Positions 10,786-21,731 of a stretch of DNA of 64,000 bases are shown here, in pieces. Where the stretch lies: positions 40,734,001 to 40,798,000 of the forward strand of contig OZ024750.1 in assembly GCA_964016885.1 (NCBI GenBank), in the 5' to 3' direction. The position numbers were made by a program, and so were the translations under genes. Position 1 is the first letter of the stretch. Every line of letters begins with the position of its first letter. Below the pieces are notes generated by a model, which saw nothing but the letters and a program-made list of their open reading frames with translations, ran no database searches and was not told the DNA's origin. Origin of the DNA: Eledone cirrhosa. Taxonomy: Eukaryota.

Positions 10786-12505
10786 CTACCTGTTCGGCTC
10801 CTGAGGAGCAGGTTGCACAATATCCATGGGCGTATTGGAGGGGTTGTTTGGTGGGGTGTTGTTCTGTGGTGGAGTGGGGGTGTTTGGTGAGGTGTGGGTG
10901 GGGAAACGTTTCAAGAGGACGCGGTTATAGGGTCGAGTACATGTTTTCCCCACGTCCTCAGGAAAGTTCTCTCTTAGTTTTGCATAGGTGTCCATTGGGA
11001 GTCTTATCATTTTTAAATGCGGTTTGTTGGCCGCGCTTGCAAAGAATTGCCCTTCAGTTTCCACCAAAGGGTCTTTGTGTATTGTTTTTACTAGTTCTTT
11101 GTTATTTGTGTTAATGTATGTATACTGTTTTATTTGTGTTGTGTTTGTTTGTTGTTCTTGTGTGTGCTTATGTTTTGTTGTATGTGTTATGTTTTGGGGT
11201 GGGGCGGATTTTGTTTGTTCTGTTTGTTTTGTTTTTGTTGGTGGTTGTGTGTTTGTTTCGTTTATGTTCGAGTGATGCTTTCTTTTTTTCCTTTTTACAG
11301 GTTGGAAGGGTTCCCCCTCTTCGTCACTAGGTGCCGTTTCCGCTGGGTCCTCGTCCGTGCTGTCGGGTAGTGGTGTATTTTGGGGTTTTGTTGTATTTGT
11401 GTGTGTTTTGGGAGTTGTTTTGGGTGGGGCCGTGTCTTGTGTTATTTTTCCGTGTTGTTTTTGTTGTTGTTGTTGTGGTGGTGGTGGTGGCGGTGGTGGT
11501 GTGTGGGGTGTAGGCAAAAGAGCCTTTTTTTTTTGTCAATTGAGGACAAGCAGCCCTTAGATGACCCCTGCTTGAACAGTAGTAACATATGGGCCTCCTA
11601 CCCTCGGCTGAAATATATATAAATGTTTCTCCATCGAGGGACACCTTCTGTGGTATTCTAGCTATTCGTTCTGGTCTCATTTGGACCAGAACCTCCACGC
11701 TCAAACCGCCGAAAACGTCTGTGGTGACTTCTCCTACTGAGAGGATTCCGTCCTCGTCTTCTAAAAATCCTGTTAGTACCCAGGAAATGCATGCATTTGG
11801 CCGGATTCCGGAGACCCTTATCTTCTGCGTTCTTTTCCCTAAATATGTGGGGAAAAATGTATGTAGCTTGGAAACAATTGGTGCCACAGAGTATTTCCTG
11901 GCCGTCAATTGATCCTTCATTAGGACCGTTATATTCCCATAGAGTGGCCCTTTTTGTATGAACGATATATCACTCCACACATTTTTTAGGACCAGCTCAA
12001 TCTCTTTTTGGGATAATTGAGTTGGTTTCCTTGTTATGTTGGAAATTGTTCTGAAAGATATCGTTCTTAGCGTCGCGTCTCTTTTGATTTCTTGTGGGGA
12101 GGTGATTGTGAAGTCTCCTCCTTCTTTGAAAGTTACATACTGTTTCGCTTCCTTCATCTTTTCTCTCAGAGTTGTAATGTCCAGTTGCTTGCAGGTTTGT
12201 GTTTTCCGGACCGCCTGTGCAAAGGAAGCACCAGTAGTGGGTTCGCTTTGTTTGGTGTTATCGTTATTTTTTCCTTGGTTGGTGTTGTGACTATTGCTGT
12301 TATTGTCGTTGTTTTTGTCTACGTTTATGTGACTTTCTGGGTTTTCACCCATTTTTACAAATTTTTCTTTTAATTCCGTGTTCCATGTTTCTTTTGCAGA
12401 AGTCAGGAGGGAAGACTTAGAGCCTTGTGCTTCTAGCTTCTCTGTATCACCTTTCTTAGGGGGCGTGGCTTTCACGTTAGGATGAGATGTGAAAATTCCG
12501 TCCAT
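10786..12505 (-). CDS. ORF1 gag-like CCHC protein, frameshifted at A10 run 11525-11534
   Basis: Split into ORFs 11327..12658 and 10786..11517; copies 1 and 3 have A9 at this site and stay in frame. Confidence 0.85.
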
Positions 12506-12618
12506 TTCTATTAGTTTGCCGTAATAAATTTTAAACTGGAAAATTCGCCCCAAAAAGGGGCGAAAATGAATAAACTCAAAGTTTGACGACCAAGGCAAGG
12601 GGTTAACGTATATTACAG

Positions 12619-12655
<37 letters not shown>

Positions 12656-12738
12656 CAAAACTCACTTTTTGAGTAAGTAAATCCGACTCGGTAGCCAAGC
12701 TTGTTCACACACGTCAACACACGTCTCTCGTATACGAG

Positions 12739-12803
12739 ATGTTATGTGAGATATTATGTGAGGTAAAGCCTTTACTGTGAAAATACAATAGTATATATAG
12801 AGT
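12739..12803. repeat. 65-bp partial unit of the 72-bp repeat
   Basis: Identical to 678-742. Confidence 0.95.
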
Positions 12804-13040
12804 GGTTTCTTTATTTGCCACTAGGGCACAAAAGGTAGGGACAGATACAAGGGGGGAAGTTTACATATAATTAACGAGTACAAAAATATAACAATGAAAT
12901 AACAACAACAAACGAAGTCCTCAATAGGGAGGGGGCATTAACATGGGTCGCACACACCCCGGAAAAAATGTGTAACCCTTCTCCTCAGGAGCACAAAGAG
13001 TAGGTGCTTCCCTCGTCTCCTCTTTTTCCTCTTCTTTCAC

Positions 13041-16000
13041 CTACAGGCTGATATAGAGAGAAGACCCATTCACTCTGGCCATTCTCCCTACTTTCACCCA
13101 CCTTTCATAAAACTTGCTGGGGTAGAGCACCTCTCTCTCCATTCTGATCCTTCTTTTAAAATGGTATTTGAAAAAGGGGACCAGTTGTTGGCCGGAGAGA
13201 AAGGTGTCTGACCTCAGCCCTTTCAGCCTCGTCCACCATACAACTTCTTTAGCCATGGCTACCACACAGAGAAAAACCGCCTCTCCTTCGTTTTTGAAAG
13301 GGGGAGGCGGTTTGATCGTGACAATGGACTCGGTGGTCAACCGGATTGGTCCCACCCTCGACAGTAGTCGTTGCACATAGCCCCACAGGTCAGCAATGCC
13401 TGGGCAGTGTACGAATGCGTGCGCAACGGTTTCGTCATCATGCACGCATCTCGGACAGATCTTATTCAAAGGATCTCTACCCAGGCTCCCATGCCTGTGG
13501 AGCTTGTCTCGAACAGGTAGAGCCCCTCGGTAGCACTGCCAAGCCAGGGACTTTTGGAAGTTGTCCATCGGTCCAGGGCCAAACGTCCTACCGAACAGAC
13601 TGGCCAGTTCATCTTCCTCCATGCCTAGAGCTTCTCCGAGAGCATCGTCGCACCTGCTGCGTACCAACCCTCTATAGAATGTCGAGGTGGAGTCTCCACT
13701 GATTGCCGGGTCCGCTTTCCAGAGGGCCGTGAGCGCCTGGGCACATTCAATGTGCCAGTCGCCCACTTTTCTCGGTCTTTGCTTGACCCAGGATTGCAGC
13801 TCGGTGAGCGAGACGAGTCTAGGAAAGGCTCGCCTCACAAACGGGGCCCACACCGGTTGACCGGTGAGGAATACCTGGAGGTGCCGTAGCCTTAATGCGT
13901 GTTTACGCATCTGTAGCCACGGCATCCCCAGCCCTCCTTTCGAAGGGTGTTGACAGCAGATGGATCTCCTCACCAAAGGGGTTCGCTTGTTCCAAAGAAA
14001 TTGGAACAGCGCGCACTCCATTTTGGCGAGTCTTTTCACTGGGCAAGGCACGACGGTCAAGCGGTAGTAGATGACGGATGCTATATAAGTATTCGCCACC
14101 TCCGCTCGACCTTTCAGGGATAGTTTGCACTGGGCCCACTTCTGGGTGAGTGCAAACACCCTGGCCGTTACCTCGTTCCAGTTTTTCTCCACCTGGAGGT
14201 CTGGTCCGAACCAGACCCCAAGCAGCTTCACCGGGCCCTCCGTCCAGCGTCCGACGACGTCGTTGGAGGGCATCGGTTTGCCTCTCCATGTTCCGAGTTG
14301 CAAACCGACGGACTTGTCCCGGTTCAGCTTGACTCCTGTAAACCTTTCATATTCCTCCAGTAAGGTGCCGATCTCACCGATTTGCGAGGTTTTCGACACC
14401 ATTACTGTCACGTCATCGGCGTAGGCCGACGCCGCTTTCTGCAATCCCGGTTCCAAAGGGATGCCCTGCAACCGCTCCAACTTCCGCAGTAGTGGCTCAA
14501 GAGCCAGCACATACAGTAGGGAGGAGAGAGGGCATCCCTGTCGGATGGATCGCATGATTTGGAACGGCTCCGAGAGGTGGCCGTTCACCTTGACCCTTGA
14601 GCAGACGTTGCTGCTGTGCATCGCAGCAATCCAACCCCTGAAAACGGGTCCGAAGCCTGCCGCCGCGAGCACCGCATCCAGGTAACGATGGTCAACCCTA
14701 TCGAAAGCTTTAGATTGATCCAAGTTGATCAGGGCCCCACCAAAGCCGGGTTCATTCCCTACCCTCTCTATGATGTATCGCATAAGGTGGAGATTGTCGT
14801 GAATGGACCTGGACGGGATTGCGCATGTCTGCGCTTCTCCCACCAGGTTTCCAACGACAAGCGCCAACCTCTTCGCTAACACCTTGGCCAAAATCTTTAA
14901 CTCTGTATTTAGCAGAGTTATGGGTCTGAAGTTACTTATGTCATCCCCCTTGTTCTCATCCTTCCTCACCAGCATAACTACGCCCTTGGTCACAGAACTG
15001 GGAATTCTCCCGTTCTGCTGCCAGTTGCAGTAGACCGCTTCGAGGATATCGGAGAACAAGTCCGGCATCGCTACATATAGCTCGTATGGTAGACCATCGA
15101 GACCCGGGGATTTGCGTTTGCCGCATTGGCTCAGCGCCGCCCCTATCTCAGCAGCTGAAATCGTCCTTTCGCAGGACTTCGCGTCCGAGAGGCGCGGCAG
15201 ACCGTCGAGGTATGGATTGAAATCCATAGTCTCACCCGGCGCGCCGCCCCTCTCGAACAGTCGTGCAAAGTGCCGCTGAAAGGCCGCACACATCTGCCCA
15301 GGTTCAAGGATCACACGCCCATCCTGGTCCTTCAAAGACCGAATCGTGGACTTGTTCCCACTTTTTGCCTCTGTCACTCGGGCCCAGCTCACAGCTTTGG
15401 CTCCCTCATTACCCAGAGCACGTATTTTACTCCTGACAACGCAGCCTTCATGCTTCACCTCAAAGAACTGGTCTAAGGCCATTCTTGATGCCAGCACGCC
15501 GGCTACATTGCCACTCCTAATCGCCTCTTCTACTCTATCTACTAATTCCCTTTCCGTCTTGTTCCTATCCCTTGCTAATTCCTGACTAAAACCTATCGAT
15601 TCTATTCTAATTGCTCTCTTAAGAGAGCTCCACCACCTGTTGTTGACAATTGCCCCTGTCAAACTCTGCTTAACTAACGTGCTAATCCGTTTACTGTAAG
15701 CTTTGCTTCTCGGTAAGGACAAGTTCAGCTTCCAGTAACCGGGTCCCTGTCTATGGGTTCTATCAAGGTTGGCTATGCAGGTCACTAACTTGTGATCCGA
15801 ATAGTCAACCATGAACATTTTTGGACAGCTAAATGTGTCCCTATCGTTCTCTCTAACTAGGACCCTATCTAGGTACGACCTAGATGTTCCACTGCGATTG
15901 GTCCACGTCCATAGTGGTACAGTCGGAAAATCTAGTCGATATCTATCGGCCAGGTCAAATCGGCCGATTAACCTTTTGAGGCTTTTACACCCCCCTCTAT

Positions 16001-16472
16001 TGGCACATGCCCCTACATAGTCCCAACGTGCATCCAGGATACCATTCCAGTCCCCCACTAAAAGCAAGGAGCGGGACGTTCCCAGAAAAGTTTCCAGACG
16101 TTGGAAGTATTCCGGCTGCGCTGCCCAAAAAGGGGCATACACAGCTATTAGTCTAAGGGCTCCACTTTCACTACTGCCGACGTCTAAAACCACCAGTCGA
16201 CCCTCCGGGTCAAGGTGCACCTTCTGTATGGCGAGGCCCAGGTGTTTTTGCAGCAGAACGACAACTCCACCCCCACCCCCCGGTTGACAGAGAGATGCGA
16301 AGATCTCAAAGTCGTCGAAGAGGGGCGCCAGTTGGTGCTCGCTGCTGATCCTGGACTCGCAAATAGCCATTACATCCATTCTATGCGACCTGAGATCGTT
16401 TAAAAGTTTGCCTTGTTTCCAAGACAGTCCCAGGCCACGTACATTCAGACACCCAACTCTTATATCAGCCAT
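13041..16472 (-). CDS. ORF2 APE+RT+Zn finger (1143 aa, intact)
   Basis: Same motifs as copy 1. Confidence 0.96.
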   Translation of the reverse strand: MADIRVGCLNVRGLGLSWKQGKLLNDLRSHRMDVMAICESRISSEHQLAPLFDDFEIFASLCQPGGGGGVVVLLQKHLGLAIQKVHLDPEGRLVVLDVGSSESGALRLIAVYAPFWAAQPEYFQRLETFLGTSRSLLLVGDWNGILDARWDYVGACANRGGCKSLKRLIGRFDLADRYRLDFPTVPLWTWTNRSGTSRSYLDRVLVRENDRDTFSCPKMFMVDYSDHKLVTCIANLDRTHRQGPGYWKLNLSLPRSKAYSKRISTLVKQSLTGAIVNNRWWSSLKRAIRIESIGFSQELARDRNKTERELVDRVEEAIRSGNVAGVLASRMALDQFFEVKHEGCVVRSKIRALGNEGAKAVSWARVTEAKSGNKSTIRSLKDQDGRVILEPGQMCAAFQRHFARLFERGGAPGETMDFNPYLDGLPRLSDAKSCERTISAAEIGAALSQCGKRKSPGLDGLPYELYVAMPDLFSDILEAVYCNWQQNGRIPSSVTKGVVMLVRKDENKGDDISNFRPITLLNTELKILAKVLAKRLALVVGNLVGEAQTCAIPSRSIHDNLHLMRYIIERVGNEPGFGGALINLDQSKAFDRVDHRYLDAVLAAAGFGPVFRGWIAAMHSSNVCSRVKVNGHLSEPFQIMRSIRQGCPLSSLLYVLALEPLLRKLERLQGIPLEPGLQKAASAYADDVTVMVSKTSQIGEIGTLLEEYERFTGVKLNRDKSVGLQLGTWRGKPMPSNDVVGRWTEGPVKLLGVWFGPDLQVEKNWNEVTARVFALTQKWAQCKLSLKGRAEVANTYIASVIYYRLTVVPCPVKRLAKMECALFQFLWNKRTPLVRRSICCQHPSKGGLGMPWLQMRKHALRLRHLQVFLTGQPVWAPFVRRAFPRLVSLTELQSWVKQRPRKVGDWHIECAQALTALWKADPAISGDSTSTFYRGLVRSRCDDALGEALGMEEDELASLFGRTFGPGPMDNFQKSLAWQCYRGALPVRDKLHRHGSLGRDPLNKICPRCVHDDETVAHAFVHCPGIADLWGYVQRLLSRVGPIRLTTESIVTIKPPPPFKNEGEAVFLCVVAMAKEVVWWTRLKGLRSDTFLSGQQLVPFFKYHFKRRIRMEREVLYPSKFYERWVKVGRMARVNGSSLYISL

Positions 16473-16493
16473 GTTGGTTAAAAGAGGAAGGAC

Positions 16494-18226
16494 CTACCTG
16501 TTCGGTTCCTGAGGAGCAGGTTGCACAATATCCATGGGCGTATTGGAGGGGTTGTTTGGTGGGGTGTTGTTCTGTGGTGGAGTGGGGGTGTTTGGTGAGG
16601 TGTGGGTGGGGAAACGTTTCAAGAGGACGCAGTTATAGGGTCGAGTACATGTTTTCCCCACGTCCTCAGGAAAGTTCTCTCTTAGTTTTGCATAGGTGTC
16701 CATTGGGAGTCTTATCATTTTTAAATGCGGTTTGTTGGCCGCGCTTGCAAAGAATTGCCCTTCAGTTTCCACCAAAGGGTCTTTGTGTATTGTTTTTACT
16801 AGTTCTTTGTTATTTGTGTTAATGTATGTATACTGTTTTATTTGTGTTGTGTTTGTTTGTTGTTCTTGTGTGTGCTTACGTTTTGTTGTATGTGTTATGT
16901 TTTGGGGTGGGGCGGATTTTGTTTGTTCTGTTTGTTTTGTTTTTGTTGGTGGTTGTGTGTTTGTTTCGTTTATGTTCGAGTGGTGCTTTCTTTTTTTTTC
17001 CTTTTTACAGGTTGGAAGGGTTCCCCCTCTTCGTCACTAGGTGCCGTTTCCGCTGGGTCCTCGTCCGTGCTGTCGGGTAGTGGTGTATTTTGGGGTTTTG
17101 TTGTACTTGTGTGTGTTTTGGGAGTTGTTTTGGGTGGGGCCGTGTCTTGTGTTATTTTTCCGTGTTGTTTTTGTTGTTGTAGTGGTGGTGGTGGTGGTGG
17201 TGGTGGTGGCGGTGGTGGTGTGTGGGGTGTAGGCAAAAGAGCCTTTTTTTTTGTCAATTGAGGACAAGCAGCCCTTAGATGACCCCTGCTTGAACAGTAG
17301 TAACATATGGGCCTCCTACCCTCGGCTGAAATATATATAAATGTTTCTCCATCGAGGGACACCTTCTGTGGTATTCTAGCTATTCGTTCTGGTTTCATTT
17401 GGACCAGAACCTCCACGCTCAAACCGCCGAAAACGTCTGTGGTGACTTCTCCTACTGAGAGGATTCCGTCCTCGTCTTCTAAAAATCCTGTTAGTACCCA
17501 GGAAATGCATGCATTTGGCCGGATTCCGGAGACCCTTATCTTCTGCGTTCTTTTCCCTAAATATGTGGGGAAAAATGTATGTAGCTTGGAAACAATTGGT
17601 GCCACAGAGTATTTCCTGGCCGTCAATTGATCCTTCATTAGGACCGTTATATTCCCATAGAGTGGCCCTTTTTGTATGAACGATATATCACTCCACACAT
17701 TTTTTAGGACCAGCTCAATCTCTTTTTGGGATAATTGAGTTGGTTTCCTTGTTATGTTGGAAATTGTTCTGAAAGATATCGTTCTTAGCGTCGTGTCTCT
17801 TTTGATTTCTTGTGGGGAGGTGATTGTGAAGTCTCCTCCTTCTTTGAAAGTTACATACTGTTTCGCTTCCTTCATCTTTTCTCTCAGAGTTGTAATGTCC
17901 AGTTGCTTGCAGGTTTGTGTTTTCCGGACCGCCTGTGCAAAGGAGGCACCAGTAGTGGGTTCGCTTTGTTTGGTGTTATCGTTATTTTTTCCTTGGTTGG
18001 TGTTGTGACTATTGCTGTTATTGTCGTTGTTGTTTTTGTCTGCGTTTATGTGACTTTCTGGGTTTTCACCCATTTTTACAAATTTTTCTTTTAATTCCGT
18101 GTTCCATGTTTCTTTTGCAGAAGTCAGGAGGGAAGACTTAGAGCCTTGTGCTTCTAGCTTCTCTGTATCACCTTTCTTAGGGGGCGTGGCTTTCACGTTA
18201 GGATGAGATGTGAAAATTCCGTCCAT
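16494..18226 (-). CDS. ORF1 gag-like CCHC protein, frameshifted at A9 run 16991-16999
   Basis: Same as copy 1. Confidence 0.85.
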
Positions 18227-18437
18227 TTCTATTAGTTTGCCGTAATAAATTTTTAACTGGAAAATTCGCCCCAAAAAGGGGCGAAAATAAATAAACTCAA
18301 AGTTTGACGACCAAGGCAAGGGGTTAACGTATATTACAGTATAAAAAAATTAATCAAAACTCACTTTTTGAGTAAGTAAATCCGACTCGGTAGCCGAGCT
18401 TGTTCACACACGTCAACACACGTCTCTCGTATACGAG

Positions 18438-19604
18438 ATGTTATGTGAGATATTATGTGAGGTAAAGCCTTTACTGTGAAAATACAATAGTATATATAGA
18501 GTAATGTAAATGTTATGTGAGATATTATGTGAGGTAAAGCCTTTACTGTGAAAATACAATAGTATATATAGAGTAATGTAAATGTTCTGTGAGATATTAT
18601 GTGAGGTAAAGCCTTTACTGTGAAAATACAATAGTATATATAGAGTAATGTAAATGTTCTGTGAGATATTATGTGAGGTAAAACCTTTACTGTGAAAATA
18701 CAATAGTATATATAGAGTAATGTAAATGTTATGTGAGATATTATGTGAGGTAAAACCTTTACTGTGAAAATACAATAGTATATATAGAGTAATGTAAATG
18801 TTATGTGAGATATTATGTGAGGTAAAGCTTTTACTGTGAAAATACAATAGTATATATAGAGTAATGTAAATGTTATGTGAGATATTATGTGAGGTAAAGC
18901 TTTTACTGTGAAAATACAATAGTATATATAGAGTAATGTAAATGTTATATGAGATATTATGTGAAGTAAAGCCTTTACTGTGAAAATACAATAGTATATA
19001 TAGAGTAATGTAAATGTTATGTGAGATATTATGTGAGGTAAAGCCTTTACTGTGAAAATACAATAGTATATATAGAGTAATGTAAATGTTATGTGAGATA
19101 TTATGTGAGGTAAAGCCTTTACTGTGAAAATACAATAGTATATATAGAGTAATGTAAATGTTATGTGAGATATTATGTGAGGTAAAGCCTTTACTGTGAA
19201 AATACAATAGTATATATAGAGTAATGTAAATGTTATGTGAGATATTATGTGAGGTAAAGCCTTTACTGTGAAAATACAATAGTATATATAGAGTAATGTA
19301 AATGTTATGTGAGATATTATGTGAGGTAAAGCCTTTACTGTGAAAATACAATAGTATATATAGAGTAATGTAAATGTTCTGTGAGATATTATGTGAGGTA
19401 AAGCCTTTACTGTGAAAATACAATAGTATATATAGAGTAATGTAAATGTTCTGTGAGATATTATGTGAGGTAAAACCTTTACTGTGAAAATACAATAGTA
19501 TATATAGAGTAATGTAAATGTTATGTGAGATATTATGTGAGGTAAAACCTTTACTGTGAAAATACAATAGTATAGATAGAATAATGTAAATGGTAAAGGG
19601 TTAA
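18438..19604. repeat. 72-bp tandem array (16 units, 18438-19589) ending in the piggyBac-like MITE terminus atggtaaagggTTAA
   Basis: 72-bp period; terminus matches MITE ends at 28212, 41461, 41855 and (reverse complement) 42880, 50232. Confidence 0.93.
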
Positions 19605-19636
19605 TTTTAAACCTTCCAACATTTGTTTGTGTTTCA

Positions 19637-19800
19637 GATCATCATCATCATCCTCATCATTTAATGTCCACTTTCCATTCTAGCATGGGTTAGACAGGTT
19701 GTCTCACTTGAGGCAGGTTGGGTCAGATGACTGTATCCCAGAACTGTTTCTGGCCAGATTTCTACAGCTGGATGTTCTTAACACCAACCACATTTATAGA
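19637..19800 (-). mobile_element. 3' part of (GAT)n-tailed SINE/RTE-tail repeat
   Basis: (CAT)n, ccattctagcatgg, tttctacagctggatg...aacaccaacc shared with other SINE copies. Confidence 0.7.
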
Positions 19801-19914
19801 GTCTTAGTAAAATTATAATTTTACTAAACACACAACATATGTTTAGAAATCAAAGAATGGAATTTTAAAATTGAATCGGAATATTTTGCCGTAACTTTGA
19901 CTAAATAGTCAAAT

Positions 19915-20333
19915 AGTAGTTTCTGATTTAGGAGCAGGGCCAGCGATTTTGGGAGCAGGGAAAATCTATTAAATTGACCTCAGTGCATTACTGGTACTTT
20001 ATTTTATCGACTCCGTAAGGATGAAAGGCAAAGCTAACATTGGTGGGATTTGAACTCAGAACTTAAAGGGCCGTAACTCTATGCTGCTAAGCATGTTGTC
20101 AGATGCTCTATCATTTCTGCCATTCTACCACCCTTAGTATAATAATTGTTTCTACGTTTGGCACAAGGCCAGCAATTACCCCAGTGCATTACTGGTACTT
20201 TATTTTATCGACCCCGTAAGGATGAAAGGCAAAGTTAACCTCGGCGGGATTTGAACTCAGAATGGCAAGGGCCGTAACTCTATGCGTCAAAGCATGGCGT
20301 CTGGCCCTCTACCGATACTGCCAATCCACCCTT
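19915..20333 (-). mobile_element. Two tandem copies of tRNA-derived SINE family 2
   Basis: Reverse complement shows A-box tggcagtatcgg, B-box gagttcaaatcc, core gcctttcatccttacggggtcgataaa...gtaccag; third copy at ~28455-28635. Confidence 0.8.
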
Positions 20334-20678
20334 AGTATAATAATAGCAGGCCACATGCCCATCTTTTCCCGTTCAGTGGGTTTATACACTTCTTTATTAT
20401 TAGAATATTTTATTTAGTCATAGTTATGTTGAAATCTTTTAATTTAATTTAATTTTAGTCAATACTTCTCAAATTCTCCGTTAATTACTTAAAATACAAA
20501 ATATTTCATTAGAAATCTGACGTCGAAAGGATTGAGGTATATATGTCTGTGGAATACTCAGCCATATAGGTTTTAATTTAGTTAGGAGGCCATTCTGTTG
20601 TTCAAACATTTGGAAAACTCTTTGCAAAAGGTGATGGTGGTATATTTATTTTACTGAGTGTAATGAGTTAGAATGCAG

Positions 20679-21618
20679 TGGTTTGGTCTGTCAAAAGGTT
20701 TGGTCTGTCGAAAGGTTTGGTCTGTCGAAAGGTTTGGTCTGTCGAAAGGTTTGGTCTATTGTAAGGTTTAGTCTATTGTAAGGTTTGGTCTGTTGTAAGG
20801 TTTGGTCTGTTGAAAGGTTTGGTCTGTTGAAAGGTTTGGTCTATTGTAAGGTTTAGTCTGTTGTAAGGTTTGGTCTGTTGTAGGGTTTGGTCTGTTCAAA
20901 GGTTTGGTCTGTTGTAAGGTTTGGTCTGTCGAAAGGTTTAGTCTATTGTAAGGTTTAGTCTGTTGTAAGGTTTGGTCTGTTGTAAGGTTTGGTCTGTTGT
21001 AGGGTTTGGTTTGTTCAAAGATTTGGTCTGTTGTAAGGTTTGGTCTGTCGAAAGGTTTGGTCTACTGTAAGGTTTAGTCTATTGTAAGGTTTAGTCTGTT
21101 GTAAGGTTTGGTCTGTTGTAAGGTTTGGTCTGTTGTAGGGTTTGGTTTGTTCAAAGATTTGGTCTGTTGTAAGGTTTGGTCTGTCGAAAGGTTTGGTCTA
21201 CTGTAAGGTTTAGTCTATTGTAAGTTTAGTCTGTTGTAAGGTTTGGTCTGTTGTAAGGTTTGGTCTGTTGTAAGGTTTGGTCTGTTGTAGGGTTTGGTCT
21301 GTTGTAAGGTTTAGTCCGTTGCAAGGTTTAGTCTGTTGTAAGGTTTAGTCTGTTGTAAGGTTTGGTCTGTTGTAAGGTTTGGTCTGTTGTAAGGTAAGGT
21401 TTGGTCTGTTGTAAGGTTTGGTCTGTTGTAGGGTTTGGTCTGTTGTAGGGTTTGGTCTGTTGTAAGGTTTGGTCTGTTGTAAGGTTTGGTCTGTTGTAAG
21501 GCTTGGTCTGTCGAAATGGTTTGGTCTGTCGTAAGGCTTGGTCTGTCGAAATGGTTTTGGTCTGTCGTAAGGTTTGGTCTGTTGTAAGGTTTGGTCTGTT
21601 GAAATGGTTTGGTCTGTC
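20679..21618. repeat. 17-bp minisatellite (ggtttggtctgttgtaa)n
   Basis: Direct periodicity. Confidence 0.95.
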
Positions 21619-21731
21619 AATATCTGCCTGAATGGAAATGTTTCTGTCACTGATGTCTAAAAGAAGAACTCCTGTTAGGCATCAGTAACTGTAGATTAAC
21701 CATGAGTTTCTCAGCTGTCAACAGATTGTTG

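Larger units (their letters stand above)
7090..12738 (-). mobile_element. Full-length Tx1/L1-type retrotransposon, copy 2 (distinct variant)
   Basis: Same architecture and junctions; scattered SNPs, 6 extra bp in ORF2 (LSDAEAKS), A29 run in the 5' UTR region. Confidence 0.95.
12804..18437 (-). mobile_element. Full-length Tx1/L1-type retrotransposon, copy 3 (near-identical to copy 1, offset 12061 bp)
   Basis: ORFs offset by exactly 12061; I saw only two substitutions versus copy 1 (1600/13661, 4570/16631). Confidence 0.95.

Noticed and set aside
1107-17630. Many short plus-strand ORFs inside the elements
   Set aside because: Antisense shadows of ORF1/ORF2 with no recognisable motifs.
743-18437. 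LTR retrotransposon or endogenous retrovirus
   Set aside because: No protease, RNase H, integrase, LTRs or PBS; APE+RT organisation is non-LTR.
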